A DNA stretch of 64,000 nucleotides from an uncultured virus (IMG/VR IMGVR_UViG_2061766007_000872) (IMGVR_UViG_2061766007_000872), one strand, 5' to 3'. Positions 30,746 through 41,848 are shown, counted from the stretch's first letter. The notes: generated from the letters alone by a model not told the origin. A program made the numbers and translations.

Positions 30746-32026
30746 ATGGCAGATAAAAAAGATAAAGTATTAAACTTATTAGCAAATCCAAGTAGAGTAG
30801 AAACTCCTTTTATTAAGATTTCAATAGGGAAGTATACTTTTGGTGTGTATGACAAAGTTAGTTCAAATGGCTTTGATGCTAGTGGTGTCTATACAATTAA
30901 TAAGATTAAGTATCCTAACTATGTTCAAAGACTAACAGTTGAGAAGATTAATGGTGTTGTTAATAAATATACTTTGTACTTAACTTATGCAGTTACAGAA
31001 GCAGATGACCCTAATTTCTTTTACAAAGTTTTTAGTAGTGTTAGTAAAACAAGAAAGATTGTTTTTAGTTATGGTGATTTATCTGCTCCAACATTTATAT
31101 ACAAAGATGAAGAAGCAATAATTCTTAGTGTCAAGCAAAGACTTCAAGCATCTTCTTCAAAGATTACATATGTTGTTAAAGCAGTTAGTGTAGGTAAAAC
31201 TCTTAGCATGGGTGCATTTAGTTTTGCTACCCCTAACTGGACAGGTAAACATAAAGCAAGTGCATTAATAAAGAGATTAGTTTTTGACCCTAAGTATGGA
31301 TTACAAGATGTTTTCTATGGAATGAGTGATAAGTCTGTAGTTGAATTTGAAGGACTTATTCCAGAAACAGATGTTCATGTTGAAGTTGAGGCAAAAGTAA
31401 ATATATCTCCAATTGATTACTTATTGTATTTAGTAAGTATTATGAAGCCTTCAAAGTCATCTGGCATGATTAAAAATGGTGTATACACACTTGTATGTGT
31501 AGATGATGTTAGTGGAAAGTTTAAAGGGCCATATTTTAAAATTATTTTAGTTGAAAAGAAAAAAGACATGCCACTTGCATTTGATTTAGATGTCGGCTAT
31601 CCATCTCAAAACATTGTTACTGATTTAGAGATAGAAGACGATGAAGGTTATACAATTTTCTATAATTTCTATGAAGAATTGAATACCGACCAATATGTTC
31701 AAAGAATCAATGATAGAGGTGAGTTAGAAGAAGTCTATGCACCACTATTAGGTAGTGACAATTCACATAGAAAAGCAACAGAAGAAGAAAAAACTTGGTG
31801 GACAACTATTACAGAGTTTCCAATTAAAGCAAAGATTACAATGAAAGGTTTGTTAAGACCTGCAATATTGATGTCACATATTAGATTAAATATTTATTTC
31901 TATGGTAGAAGACATTTAGGTTCCGGTTTGTATATGGTCACAAAACAAATTGATGATATTAGTGAATCTGGTTTTAGAACAACATTAGGTTTATTGAGAG
32001 TTGGACAAGCAGATGATTTAGACTAA
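30746..32026 (+). CDS. Baseplate hub protein
   Basis: C-terminal SGLYMVTKQIDDISESGFRTTLGLLR; synteny. Confidence 0.65.
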   Translation: MADKKDKVLNLLANPSRVETPFIKISIGKYTFGVYDKVSSNGFDASGVYTINKIKYPNYVQRLTVEKINGVVNKYTLYLTYAVTEADDPNFFYKVFSSVSKTRKIVFSYGDLSAPTFIYKDEEAIILSVKQRLQASSSKITYVVKAVSVGKTLSMGAFSFATPNWTGKHKASALIKRLVFDPKYGLQDVFYGMSDKSVVEFEGLIPETDVHVEVEAKVNISPIDYLLYLVSIMKPSKSSGMIKNGVYTLVCVDDVSGKFKGPYFKIILVEKKKDMPLAFDLDVGYPSQNIVTDLEIEDDEGYTIFYNFYEELNTDQYVQRINDRGELEEVYAPLLGSDNSHRKATEEEKTWWTTITEFPIKAKITMKGLLRPAILMSHIRLNIYFYGRRHLGSGLYMVTKQIDDISESGFRTTLGLLRVGQADDLD

Positions 32027-32040
32027 AATTTGAGGTATTT

Positions 32041-32763
32041 ATGATTACAAAAGGAATTATTTTAGATAGAATTATCAATACAAATACATACTATGTGAGA
32101 GTACCTTATTTAGAGAGTTCATCTAATGATGCATCTAGATTAGAGGCTACTGTTTCAGACAATCCTTCAATCTCTGAAGAATATCAAGTTGGTGATGTTG
32201 TGTATGTTGCTTTTGAAGAGCATCAAGCAAATAAACCAGTCATCATAGGAAGACTCTATGTAGAAGGAAATAGTGCAAGAGGAAGTGCAAACTTTGAAGC
32301 ATTAAATGTGCTTACAAGAGTGTCTTTACCTGAGCAAACAACAATTGGTGGAAAAGATGTGATGAAACTCTTGAATAAAGTTGAGAATTTAACACAGCCT
32401 GTTGAGCAAAATGCTACAGGAAGTTCTGCTCAGAAAAATGTCATTGCAACATTTAATACAAATGATTTTGTAATGAGTGGTTCTGATGACTTCTACTCAG
32501 CAACATTAACAATCTCAAATTATATAGCAAATTCTGATATGCTAACAATTACATGGGGTAATTGCTTTGTGATGTGTCCAATTCCTCAAAGTGGAGCAGG
32601 TCATTCTGTAGGTGTTTTACTTAATGATTCAAACATATCTCAGATTGTAAGAGTTAAATATGAATTGCTTAATGATAATACCTCTCTTTTAGTTGCTTTA
32701 GATAGCACATTTACACCTCCAAGTAATTACTTGGGTTATGTAATATGCATGAAGGCTTTCTAG
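32041..32763 (+). CDS. Baseplate spike (gpV/gp5 OB-fold)
   Basis: YVRVP...YQVGDVVYVAFEE...PVIIG. Confidence 0.7.
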   Translation: MITKGIILDRIINTNTYYVRVPYLESSSNDASRLEATVSDNPSISEEYQVGDVVYVAFEEHQANKPVIIGRLYVEGNSARGSANFEALNVLTRVSLPEQTTIGGKDVMKLLNKVENLTQPVEQNATGSSAQKNVIATFNTNDFVMSGSDDFYSATLTISNYIANSDMLTITWGNCFVMCPIPQSGAGHSVGVLLNDSNISQIVRVKYELLNDNTSLLVALDSTFTPPSNYLGYVICMKAF

Positions 32764-32771
32764 TCTATTAG

Positions 32772-32788
32772 TGCTAAATTAAATGATA
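32772..32788 (+). promoter_or_regulatory. TGCTAAATT motif, putative late promoter
   Basis: TGCTAAATTAAATGATA. Confidence 0.75.
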
Positions 32789-32819
32789 GATTTTTAAAAT
32801 TTCAAAAAAAGGATTAACT

Positions 32820-33194
32820 ATGAACAGCATTAAATTTCCAAATATGTTCAATACTTGTAATACAAATGTAGTGAGAGATTCAAGAGATGCTTCTTTACAA
32901 TGCATTCGTTTACTTATGTATAGTGAAAAAGGTGAGTTTATTTATGACCCATTTTTTGGGATTAGATTAAGAAGAGTTATGTTTGAACCTAACAATGATG
33001 TGCTAAAAGATATTTTAGTAGATGAAATCTACACTCAATTGCAAGTATTTGCTCCACAAATAACAACACAGAGAAAAGATATTAAAATCATACAAGAAGG
33101 TAAAAATGTTAAGATAAGATTTAAAGCAATTAACAACTTAGATTTTACAACAAATATGTATGAATTAGCATTGTTTAGTAGTGAAGAAAGGTAG
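32820..33194 (+). CDS. Baseplate wedge/sheath initiator (gp25-like)
   Basis: LLMYSEKGEFIYDPFFGIRLRRVMFEP...FAPQI. Confidence 0.85.
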   Translation: MNSIKFPNMFNTCNTNVVRDSRDASLQCIRLLMYSEKGEFIYDPFFGIRLRRVMFEPNNDVLKDILVDEIYTQLQVFAPQITTQRKDIKIIQEGKNVKIRFKAINNLDFTTNMYELALFSSEER

Positions 33195-33200
33195 TGAAGT

Positions 33201-36200
33201 ATGATTAATGAAAAAGAATTAAGAATCTCAAACAAAAGTTATATAAATAGAGACTTTGCAACAATCTATCCACAACTCATTGAATTCATTGAAAATGAGA
33301 CAAATAGATGGAGTCCAAGTACATCAAATGAAAGTGACCCAGGTGTTGTTCTTGTCAAGTTGATGGCTTTTGTTACTGATATCTTAGGATATAATGTTGA
33401 CAAGAATGTTTTGGAAAACTTCTTACTTTCTGCTACTCAAGAATCTTCTGTTAGAAAATTGTGTGACATATTAGGATATCAAATGAAATACTATGTTGCA
33501 CCAACAACAAATTTAACTTTAACTTATGTAGATGAATTAAGTTCTGCAATTGAATTTCCTGCACTTAGTACAGTCTTCACAAGCAAAGATGAAGATTCAA
33601 GTGTCTCATTCATTTCAACAAAGACAGTCACATTAAGTAAGCAAAATGAGCCACAAACATGTCCTGTAATGCAAGGTAGATTAAAAGAATTAAGAGTTAA
33701 TACAAGTGGTGATGTTACAACAAGTGAGAACAAACCACTCGTTCAACTGATTAATCTTGATGATAATAATAGATTGTACTTTCCAGAGGTGAATGTTGCA
33801 GAGAATGGTGTATTTGTTGCAAATAGCACTGGTTTGGATGAATTCTGGAGTGTAAAGAAATCACTCAATGATGTTGCACCAATGACTAGATGCTTTAAGT
33901 TTGGTTATGACTCATCTAGAGAGTTACCATATATTGAATTTCCAAAAGATATTGCATCTTTAATTGGTAATGGTCTTTATATAAGATACATCTTAACTGA
34001 TGGTCAAAATGGTAATGTATCAGCAAATGTAATAAATACATTGGACAGTACAACATCTGATAGTTGGAATGCTCTTGTTGAAACTGATGATTCAGCAATA
34101 GATAAGTTGTATGTTAGAAATTATAGTGCAACTATAAACGGCACAAATCCAGAGTCTATAGATAGTGCTTACAACAACTATAAAAAAGTTGTGGGTACTT
34201 TTAATACCTTAACAACTTGTAGAGACTATGCAAATGCTATCTACAACTTAACTGAAGATGATGGTGTAGATTCACTTGTTTCAAATATTCAAGTTTCTGA
34301 TAGAAGAGATGACTTCAACTATGCAAAGAGAGTTATGTCAAGGGATGGACTTGGTGATGTTATCATCAATAAGACAGACACATCTCTTTTAAATGCATTT
34401 CAATTATGTTGCTATCCACTTGCACCAATTTCATCTACAAGTGATGTGAGACAATATGAACATTCATTTTCTCCACTAACAAATGCAGGAAGAAGTCTCA
34501 CATCTCAAATTGAGGGTGCAATTGAAACATATAAAACAATTTCACATGATTATAAAATTTTAGAATCTAATGATGTCTATGCATTTAAAAATAAATTAAC
34601 TTTAGAGGGTGGTTTAATTACAAATTATAAAGTAAATGCATATGAGGCAGTAGAAGTTGATAACAATGTGATTAATCAACTAATTACTGATTTTAATGCG
34701 AGAAAAGTTGACTATGGTTATGAGATTCCATATGATTCTATAGTTTCAAGCATCATGAATGCTGATAAGAGAATCAATTATGTTAGTCTTATGGAACCAA
34801 AGTTAACAACATATGTTATGTTAAGAAATGGTGATGAAGTTCCTTTGTTATCTTCACAAGGCTCAACACACTATGTAGGATTACTTGCAAAGAATATTCT
34901 TACAGGTAAGATTCCTTTGTTTGAATATGACACAAGATTCAATTTTGAATTAGGTCAAAAAAAGATTACAGGCAAAAACATGGTGAATGAAAAAGTTAAA
35001 AGCATCACAACTGCATTAAATTTAACTTTAACAAATGGAGAAGAAGAACAACTATATAAAAATGAGGCGATTCAATTTATTGCTCCAAACATTATCACTG
35101 AATTAACATATCCTGCATATTGTTACTTTAGATTTGTTAGTGCAAGTCACACATATGCAAATCCAATTACAGCAAATACTATGTATGAGTTACAGGCAGG
35201 TGAAGTTCTCTATATGGGATATACAGAAAATGATATTTGGAAAGTAGTTAAATATACTGCTGGTGAAATCATTAAACCTGTGGGCTTTAATTTGTTCAAT
35301 ACACCAAATAATAATGACCAGTATTCAACATACGGTAGAACTGCATTCCACAAGTCTAATCCGATTGATTTAGACCAAGATTGGTTCTTCTCTTTAACTG
35401 CATCAGAATCTATTGAAAAACAAAAGATTAACAAAGTAGAACTTAGTAAGAAAACAAAGTGCTATTGGATTAGAGAAAATGCTTCTAATAGACTTTTCAC
35501 AGATGATGAGTGGGATAGTGGCACAGGAGAAACAATTCTCAAAGAAGGCGAATACTTCTTCTACACTGATGCCGCAGAGACACAACTTGTTTCTTTAGGT
35601 AGCGGAACAACAATTAAATCTAATTTAAGTACAACAGAATATGTTACAGCAGACATAGTTGATTTGGCAGATGTCATTGAAAATGGAATGCTTGCTTTAA
35701 AAGATAAGTGGAAAGTGTTAAATTTCACACCACAAACTCCAATGACAGTGCAAGAAAATAACATATTGACACTTGCAGAAAACGATACACTTACAATGAG
35801 AAATGCACCTAGTACATTTACAATCACAAGTGAGTTGACATCTATTCCAATAGGCGCTGCATTTGAATATTCAATTGATGGAGCAAGTTCAGAACAACTT
35901 GAACCTATTCAAATTACAAATTGCAATTGGAAAGTAAGGTCTAGATTACATGTCAATGTGTCAAAAACTGAACCTCAAATAATCAATGAAGGAATTAGTG
36001 GCACAGCAAATAGGCAATCTGTTTCATTTGCATTGGATGGAGTTGTAATTCCAGTTGTGTTGAATACTACAGGTCAACATTTCAATTTAAATACTGAAAT
36101 GCACAATGAGGGTGGTACAATTGACACATCAGTTGAAGTTAATGGCGAAGTTGAACCAAGATATCCAGTATCAATGTACTGCTATGAGGTTGCAGTTGAT

Positions 36201-36866
36201 AGTAATGATGAAGAACAAACACCAAAAAGAGATTTGAATGGATATGCATCTTATGAGATAGTAGAAGAAGGTGATATCATTAGTTTTGATTTACCAGAAG
36301 TGCTAAATAGTGCTCAAAAAGAAAATGCAGTGTTGATGCTTTACTTCAACAAGACAGGTGGTTCTGGTACATTGTCAATATCAGTTGGTGGAGATGACTC
36401 TTATACCTATGAGGCTCAGAAATTTAATCCTGAAGAAGATGATTATGGTGAAGTTGAACTCACTGACGGAATTTGTGTTTTAGACTTACATAGAACAACT
36501 AGTGGTACAACAAGTAGCAAGTTAACAATTCTAAATCCTGCTGGTTCAAGTCTCACAGGTTACTTAACCGTTGGCACATTAGATTTCTATTCAGGTTTAA
36601 ATAAGAAGTTAGATATAGAAGAATATGTTGCAAATGTTGGTTCTTCTGTTACAGTTGCAGGTCTTGAAGATGCCCTTATGGATAAGATTAGAGATGATGA
36701 CTTCTATTATAATTGTAAGATTGATAATGCATCAGCAATTGAATCTAAGAGTATGATATCTCCATATGCATTCTATGATGCCAACAATGTTGCAAATAAA
36801 TTCACAATTTCTCAAATTGATTTCAGCAATTCAGATATTGATGTCATAAAGAGTTCAAGACAATAG
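33201..36866 (+). CDS. Baseplate wedge protein (gp6/J-like)
   Basis: RDF..I...W...NESDPG..LV...A...D.L.YN.D...E.FL.SA...LGY; GTNPESID...T..DY. Confidence 0.85.
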   Translation: MINEKELRISNKSYINRDFATIYPQLIEFIENETNRWSPSTSNESDPGVVLVKLMAFVTDILGYNVDKNVLENFLLSATQESSVRKLCDILGYQMKYYVAPTTNLTLTYVDELSSAIEFPALSTVFTSKDEDSSVSFISTKTVTLSKQNEPQTCPVMQGRLKELRVNTSGDVTTSENKPLVQLINLDDNNRLYFPEVNVAENGVFVANSTGLDEFWSVKKSLNDVAPMTRCFKFGYDSSRELPYIEFPKDIASLIGNGLYIRYILTDGQNGNVSANVINTLDSTTSDSWNALVETDDSAIDKLYVRNYSATINGTNPESIDSAYNNYKKVVGTFNTLTTCRDYANAIYNLTEDDGVDSLVSNIQVSDRRDDFNYAKRVMSRDGLGDVIINKTDTSLLNAFQLCCYPLAPISSTSDVRQYEHSFSPLTNAGRSLTSQIEGAIETYKTISHDYKILESNDVYAFKNKLTLEGGLITNYKVNAYEAVEVDNNVINQLITDFNARKVDYGYEIPYDSIVSSIMNADKRINYVSLMEPKLTTYVMLRNGDEVPLLSSQGSTHYVGLLAKNILTGKIPLFEYDTRFNFELGQKKITGKNMVNEKVKSITTALNLTLTNGEEEQLYKNEAIQFIAPNIITELTYPAYCYFRFVSASHTYANPITANTMYELQAGEVLYMGYTENDIWKVVKYTAGEIIKPVGFNLFNTPNNNDQYSTYGRTAFHKSNPIDLDQDWFFSLTASESIEKQKINKVELSKKTKCYWIRENASNRLFTDDEWDSGTGETILKEGEYFFYTDAAETQLVSLGSGTTIKSNLSTTEYVTADIVDLADVIENGMLALKDKWKVLNFTPQTPMTVQENNILTLAENDTLTMRNAPSTFTITSELTSIPIGAAFEYSIDGASSEQLEPIQITNCNWKVRSRLHVNVSKTEPQIINEGISGTANRQSVSFALDGVVIPVVLNTTGQHFNLNTEMHNEGGTIDTSVEVNGEVEPRYPVSMYCYEVAVDSNDEEQTPKRDLNGYASYEIVEEGDIISFDLPEVLNSAQKENAVLMLYFNKTGGSGTLSISVGGDDSYTYEAQKFNPEEDDYGEVELTDGICVLDLHRTTSGTTSSKLTILNPAGSSLTGYLTVGTLDFYSGLNKKLDIEEYVANVGSSVTVAGLEDALMDKIRDDDFYYNCKIDNASAIESKSMISPYAFYDANNVANKFTISQIDFSNSDIDVIKSSRQ

Positions 36867-36869
36867 GAG

Positions 36870-37562
36870 ATGTTGATGTTAAAGACAAAGAATCTTGTAC
36901 CAGAGGTATATTACAATCAATCAAGAGACTTCCAATTACTTGGTAGGGCTTTTGATGTTGCTGTAAATTATGCAAAGATGAATGCTGATATCATGCGAGG
37001 TCTTCCATTAAGTGACAATTCAGATGATAGCATGATTTCATTAACAGCAAGTTCACTTGGATTTGAAACAAAGCATCAATATAATGCAAGAGATTTGAAA
37101 AATATCTGCGCAGTGTTTAGAGATTTGATTAAAGACAAAGGAACAAAGAGTGCTATAGAGAGAGCAGTGAAAACTCTAATGAATGCTCAAAATATTGGCG
37201 GTGAACCATTTGTAGATATTGATAATGTACACTATACATTAGATATATATGTTCCTTATGGTATCCAAGATTTAATATTATTAGAAGACCTATTTGATTA
37301 TATTCTACCTGCTGGATATGACTATAGATTCATTTATGGTGCTGAAGGTAAGAATGTGCTTAAAGAAACAACAAGTGTAGGTACATCTATCACAACATAT
37401 AAAGTTAGGGATGGTTTGATTGGTAGAATTGTTAGAAGCAACTACAACGATAAGAGACCTGATGATTCAACAAATGATATTGACAATAAAGGTGTTGCTA
37501 CAACATATACATCTAAGATTGTTAGTGGTGAACACATAGAACCATTTGATGAAGGAGAGTAG
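36870..37562 (+). CDS. Baseplate wedge protein (gp7/P2 I-like)
   Basis: LVPEVY...LGF...KGTKSAIERAV...ILPAG. Confidence 0.65.
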   Translation: MLMLKTKNLVPEVYYNQSRDFQLLGRAFDVAVNYAKMNADIMRGLPLSDNSDDSMISLTASSLGFETKHQYNARDLKNICAVFRDLIKDKGTKSAIERAVKTLMNAQNIGGEPFVDIDNVHYTLDIYVPYGIQDLILLEDLFDYILPAGYDYRFIYGAEGKNVLKETTSVGTSITTYKVRDGLIGRIVRSNYNDKRPDDSTNDIDNKGVATTYTSKIVSGEHIEPFDEGE

Positions 37563-37563
37563 T

Positions 37564-38076
37564 ATGAGAAAAGTAAAGAGAAAACAAGTTAAAGATGATT
37601 TAAAAGTTTCATATACTGGTAATGTCACAATCAAAGTTGTTAAAGACAATGAAGTTGTTAAGATTGTGAATGGACACAATGCAGGAACAACAAGATTATT
37701 TGAATATATTGCAAAGTGTTTAATTGGTTTATATGAATCATCTTATGCACCTAAATACATTCAATGTTTCTATTCAACTAGTAGTACTCCAGATTTAGAT
37801 AGTCTTGATTCATTATCTGGTATAATTCCAGTTAGTTCTACAACATATGAGACAGACACAAATGTAAGTACTGCAAAATTAACATTTGTTATTCCTGGAA
37901 GTTTCTTTGTTGAAAATGAAAATGTTGTTAATTTCTTTGCACTATATAACTATAAAGAATATGAGAACAAAGCACATCCAATGGCAACATACTACAGTGC
38001 AGAACCTATTAGTGTTGATGTAAGTTCAAATTTAATTGTTGTATGGGAGTTGCAAATAGGTAATGCCACAAACTAG
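37564..38076 (+). CDS. Hypothetical baseplate/fibre-attachment protein
   Basis: AAGGAG RBS before ATG 37564; HN.GT...W.LQI pattern. Confidence 0.55.
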   Translation: MRKVKRKQVKDDLKVSYTGNVTIKVVKDNEVVKIVNGHNAGTTRLFEYIAKCLIGLYESSYAPKYIQCFYSTSSTPDLDSLDSLSGIIPVSSTTYETDTNVSTAKLTFVIPGSFFVENENVVNFFALYNYKEYENKAHPMATYYSAEPISVDVSSNLIVVWELQIGNATN

Positions 38077-38082
38077 AGTTTG

Positions 38083-38099
38083 TGCTAAATTTAATGATA
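38083..38099 (+). promoter_or_regulatory. TGCTAAATT motif, putative late promoter
   Basis: TGCTAAATTTAATGATA. Confidence 0.75.
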
Positions 38100-38111
38100 T
38101 AGGAGATAGAT

Positions 38112-39704
38112 ATGGCTAAATTCTTGTCTAGTGATAAAATTAAAGTGTTTCCAACAGCATTCAGAGGTAAAGATGCAAATGGTAAAGTTATTGACCCTAA
38201 TGCATTTCTTACAACTGAAGAGAATTTTGTGAACATTGCAAATAAAGTACTCTATAAAGGTAAAAATTACTTCTTCAATGATGGAGATATAATTCACTTA
38301 ATTTTAGGTGGATATTATTTTGTATTTAATAAAAATGATATCACATCACAATTTACAAGTGATGATGTAATTTGGGCAGGTATACTTGTAAATAATTTAT
38401 CACAATCTTATGAGTCTTATACAACAAAGACACTAACTCCTAAAGGTGGTTCTGCAGGAGATGTGCTTGATGTTGGTTCTTCAGGTACTTTACAAGAATT
38501 TAAGGGATTGTCTTTTGTAGGGGATACAGACCCAGATTTGGAAACATTCACATATAAGTTACCTATACTTGAATTTACAAGAAATGGATGGAAAGCAATT
38601 AAAGGTAGCATGCTTAACTTATCTACTCAGCAAATTGCTGATGGTAACATTTCAGAAGATGGTACAAGTAATTCAATTTCAGATGAATTCACAACAGCAA
38701 AATTAAATGCTGATTCAATCTATACTGATAAAGTAGAGTTTAGAGGAGATTTTGATGCAATATATCCTAAACTCTCTTCAAATAGATGTACAGTTGGCAC
38801 ACAATCAAGTGCCTTTAATTCAGGTTACTTTAAAACTCTAAATACACAAACTTTGAATGTGCAATCTATAAGTGGATTAGCCTCTATGGTGACAATTGAT
38901 ACAGAAAATATAGAGTTAGTAGCAAGTAGTACTATCAGTAATGATGCTTCTACAATATCAAATTTTGCACAAGTGTATACTATATCAGCATCATCAAATA
39001 TCACACTTAGAACAAGTGGAACTTTGAGTTTGTCTGCAGCAAGTACACATGCAAACATTTACTCTTCAGGGATTAATCTTAGTACTAATGGAAATATTAG
39101 TTTGAATGCAAGTGTAATCTCAATAAATACTGATGATTATGCTTGTATGTATTCTCCTTCTATTATTAACCTCTCAACAAGCACATATGCACTAAGATTA
39201 CAGGACAAGAGGATGTTCTTCGGATATGGAAGTAATTCATGTATGTTTGAAACATCAACAAATCATACAACAAATTTTGCTGCAGTATATGCATCAGCAT
39301 CTTTATGTATTAAAGATTTTAAATCAATAAGCATTGATGATTATAAAGTAAGACCTTATGAACATAGAATGATGATTACACTTAGCAATAGTGCATCTAA
39401 TAAAGCAACTATAATTGCTAATCCTAAATTATTTACATCACAATCAATAAGTACAAAGAGTGAATTATTAACAGCATTAAATAGTGCATCATACTTCATA
39501 CAGATGTCAACTGCAAGTGGAAATGTTTATTCTCCATTAGTTGCTACAGGAAAATTCTATAATAGTGGTTTAGATACTCTTTATGATGTTATGGGTATTG
39601 GCGTAGGAACATATGGCAGCAANNNNNNNNNNNNNNNNNNNNNNNNNNNNNNNNNNNNNNNNNNNNNNNNNNNNNNNACCTTTGAGATTAAAGATTTAGT
39701 GTAA
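38112..39704 (+). CDS. Putative tail fibre/spike protein
   Basis: Ser/Thr-rich beta-repeat-like middle region; last gene of the tail cluster; N-gap near the end. Confidence 0.55.
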   Translation: MAKFLSSDKIKVFPTAFRGKDANGKVIDPNAFLTTEENFVNIANKVLYKGKNYFFNDGDIIHLILGGYYFVFNKNDITSQFTSDDVIWAGILVNNLSQSYESYTTKTLTPKGGSAGDVLDVGSSGTLQEFKGLSFVGDTDPDLETFTYKLPILEFTRNGWKAIKGSMLNLSTQQIADGNISEDGTSNSISDEFTTAKLNADSIYTDKVEFRGDFDAIYPKLSSNRCTVGTQSSAFNSGYFKTLNTQTLNVQSISGLASMVTIDTENIELVASSTISNDASTISNFAQVYTISASSNITLRTSGTLSLSAASTHANIYSSGINLSTNGNISLNASVISINTDDYACMYSPSIINLSTSTYALRLQDKRMFFGYGSNSCMFETSTNHTTNFAAVYASASLCIKDFKSISIDDYKVRPYEHRMMITLSNSASNKATIIANPKLFTSQSISTKSELLTALNSASYFIQMSTASGNVYSPLVATGKFYNSGLDTLYDVMGIGVGTYGSXXXXXXXXXXXXXXXXXXXTFEIKDLV

Positions 39705-39720
39705 TTGATAAAAATACCTC

Positions 39721-39750
39721 AAAAACACATCTTAATTGATGTGTTTTTGT
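39721..39750 (+). terminator. Intrinsic terminator
   Basis: AAAAACACATC-TTAATT-GATGTGTTTTT. Confidence 0.85.
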
Positions 39751-39797
39751 TATATAAATAATGTATAATATATTAGATGTGTTTTAAGGAGACATTA

Positions 39798-40091
39798 ATG
39801 ACAACAAAAATTATATGCCCAAAATGTGGTGCAGAATATCTCATTGAAGAAGTATTTATGGGAGATGATGTAATTGGCACAAGAATGGCTAGTAAAGATG
39901 AAAAAGGTAAGATTATTTATGTTGATGGAGATGCACCGGAATTAAGTGCAGAATACATATGTGATTATTGTGATACAAAGTTTACAGTAAAATTAAAAGT
40001 TGATGTTGACTCTGTTGAAAAGTTTGTTGATGATTTTGATGAAGAATATAAAGTTGAAATACACAAAAATAGAATTGAATTAGCAGAATAA
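39798..40091 (+). CDS. Small Zn-ribbon protein
   Basis: CPKC...CDYC; AAGGAG RBS before ATG 39798. Confidence 0.65.
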   Translation: MTTKIICPKCGAEYLIEEVFMGDDVIGTRMASKDEKGKIIYVDGDAPELSAEYICDYCDTKFTVKLKVDVDSVEKFVDDFDEEYKVEIHKNRIELAE

Positions 40092-41830
40092 TGATTCGTA
40101 TATTTGAAGATAAGAAAATGAAATTAAGTGGCATAAAGTCACTTTATGTTAGTTTTCATTGTGGTGATGATGAAATTCAAGAAAATATTGAGAACATGAT
40201 TAAATCATGTGGTACTTATTTTCATCATGCAAAAAGTAATTTATGGGAAGTTCCTATCACCACATTAGCGTATCTTCTAGATAATTTATTCTATTTTGAT
40301 GACATTGATTTGATTGTTGATGATTCAGAAGAGAGTGAGAATCAAAGACATGCAATTTTAAGGTATAAGACAACTCCATATCAGTATCAAAAAGAAGGCA
40401 TAGAATATGGATTAAATCATGACAAGTGGTTACTTCTAGATATGCCGGGTTTAGGTAAGACTCTTCAGATGATTTGTCTTGCAGAAGAATTAAAGGCTCA
40501 AGATAAGATTGAGCATTGTCTGATAGTGTGTGGAATCGCTTCTCTGAGAGACAATTGGAGAAAGGAAATACTAAAACACTCTGATGAGTCTTGTGTGATT
40601 ATAGGCGAGAGGATTACAAAAACTGGAAGTAGAGTTTGGGAATCTGTAAAAAATAGGGCAATTCAACTACAAAATAAGATTGATGAATTTTTTGTGATTA
40701 TAAATGTTGAATCTCTTAGATATGATGAAATTATAGAAGCCTATAAGCATAGTGCAAATAAATTTGGACTCATTGTTTTAGATGAAGCACATAAGTGTAA
40801 AGGATGGAGAAGCCAGCAAGGAGTCAATCTCTTGGAACTTCAAGCACCAAAGCAAGTTGCAATGACAGGTACTTTATTGTTAAATAGACCTTTAGATGCT
40901 TTTATGCCTCTTGCTTGGATAGGTGTAGAAAAGAAAAGTAGAATGGCTGGAAAAACTGGTATTTCAAAGTTTAAAGATACCTTTTGTGTCTATGATGATG
41001 AAAGAAAAAAAGAGAGAGTTATTGGATATAAAAATCTTGAAGTATTAAAAGATGAGATTGATTCATGCTCACTTAGAAGAACAAAAGATTTATTAGATTT
41101 ACCAGAAAAAACAATTATTGATGAGTATTTAACTATGGAACCTGCTCAACAAAAACTTTATGATGAAATTAAATTGTCTGTTAAAGATGAGTTTAATAGA
41201 ATGTGGGCAAAAGCAGATTGCGACAAGATAAAGTTAAATACAAATAATCTGTTAGCATTGACAACTCGTTTACAGCAAGTTACAAGTTGTCCAGGTGTGT
41301 TGACAAGTCAAGACATTACATCTTGTAAATTAGAACGTGTAGTTGACTTAGTTGATGAAATAACAAGTAACGGAAACAAAGTAGTTGTACTTTCTAGATT
41401 TAAAGAACCTATTAATCAACTTAAGACATTACTTGCAGATTATAAACCTCTAATCGGTACTGGTGAGGGAAAAGATTATGAGATATCTAAGAACATTGAT
41501 ACTTTCCAAGAAGATGATGAGCATAAAGTGTTTTTAGGTACTATTGCAAAAATGGGAACAGGTTTTACATTGACAAAAGCATCTTACATGATTTTTATAG
41601 ACTTGCCTTGGGAACCAGGAAGTTATGGACAAGCATGTGACAGAATTCATAGAATAGGTGCCGATAAGAAGAAGCCTGTGTTTATATATAACTTGCTTTG
41701 TAAAGATACAATTGATGAAGCCACACAAAAAGCGATTACACTAAAACAAGCATTTAGTGATTACATGATTGATGATGATTTATCCCCTGAAGTGACTAAT
41801 CTCATAGCAAATTATTTGTGTGATTTATGA
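40091..41830 (+). CDS. SNF2-family helicase/ATPase
   Basis: DMPGLGKT, DEAH, MTGT, LRRTK, GFTLT, QACDRIHRIG motifs. Confidence 0.9.
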   Translation: MIRIFEDKKMKLSGIKSLYVSFHCGDDEIQENIENMIKSCGTYFHHAKSNLWEVPITTLAYLLDNLFYFDDIDLIVDDSEESENQRHAILRYKTTPYQYQKEGIEYGLNHDKWLLLDMPGLGKTLQMICLAEELKAQDKIEHCLIVCGIASLRDNWRKEILKHSDESCVIIGERITKTGSRVWESVKNRAIQLQNKIDEFFVIINVESLRYDEIIEAYKHSANKFGLIVLDEAHKCKGWRSQQGVNLLELQAPKQVAMTGTLLLNRPLDAFMPLAWIGVEKKSRMAGKTGISKFKDTFCVYDDERKKERVIGYKNLEVLKDEIDSCSLRRTKDLLDLPEKTIIDEYLTMEPAQQKLYDEIKLSVKDEFNRMWAKADCDKIKLNTNNLLALTTRLQQVTSCPGVLTSQDITSCKLERVVDLVDEITSNGNKVVVLSRFKEPINQLKTLLADYKPLIGTGEGKDYEISKNIDTFQEDDEHKVFLGTIAKMGTGFTLTKASYMIFIDLPWEPGSYGQACDRIHRIGADKKKPVFIYNLLCKDTIDEATQKAITLKQAFSDYMIDDDLSPEVTNLIANYLCDL

Positions 41831-41831
41831 G

Positions 41832-41848
41832 TGCTAAATTAACATGAA
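41832..41848 (+). promoter_or_regulatory. TGCTAAATT motif, followed by TTGTATAATA at 41864
   Basis: TGCTAAATTAACATGAA. Confidence 0.55.

Noticed and set aside
13236..39750. Shared CTTAATTG loop in hairpins at 13236, 24287 and 39721
   Set aside because: Probably a preferred terminator/hairpin loop; too short and AT-rich to support a separate function.
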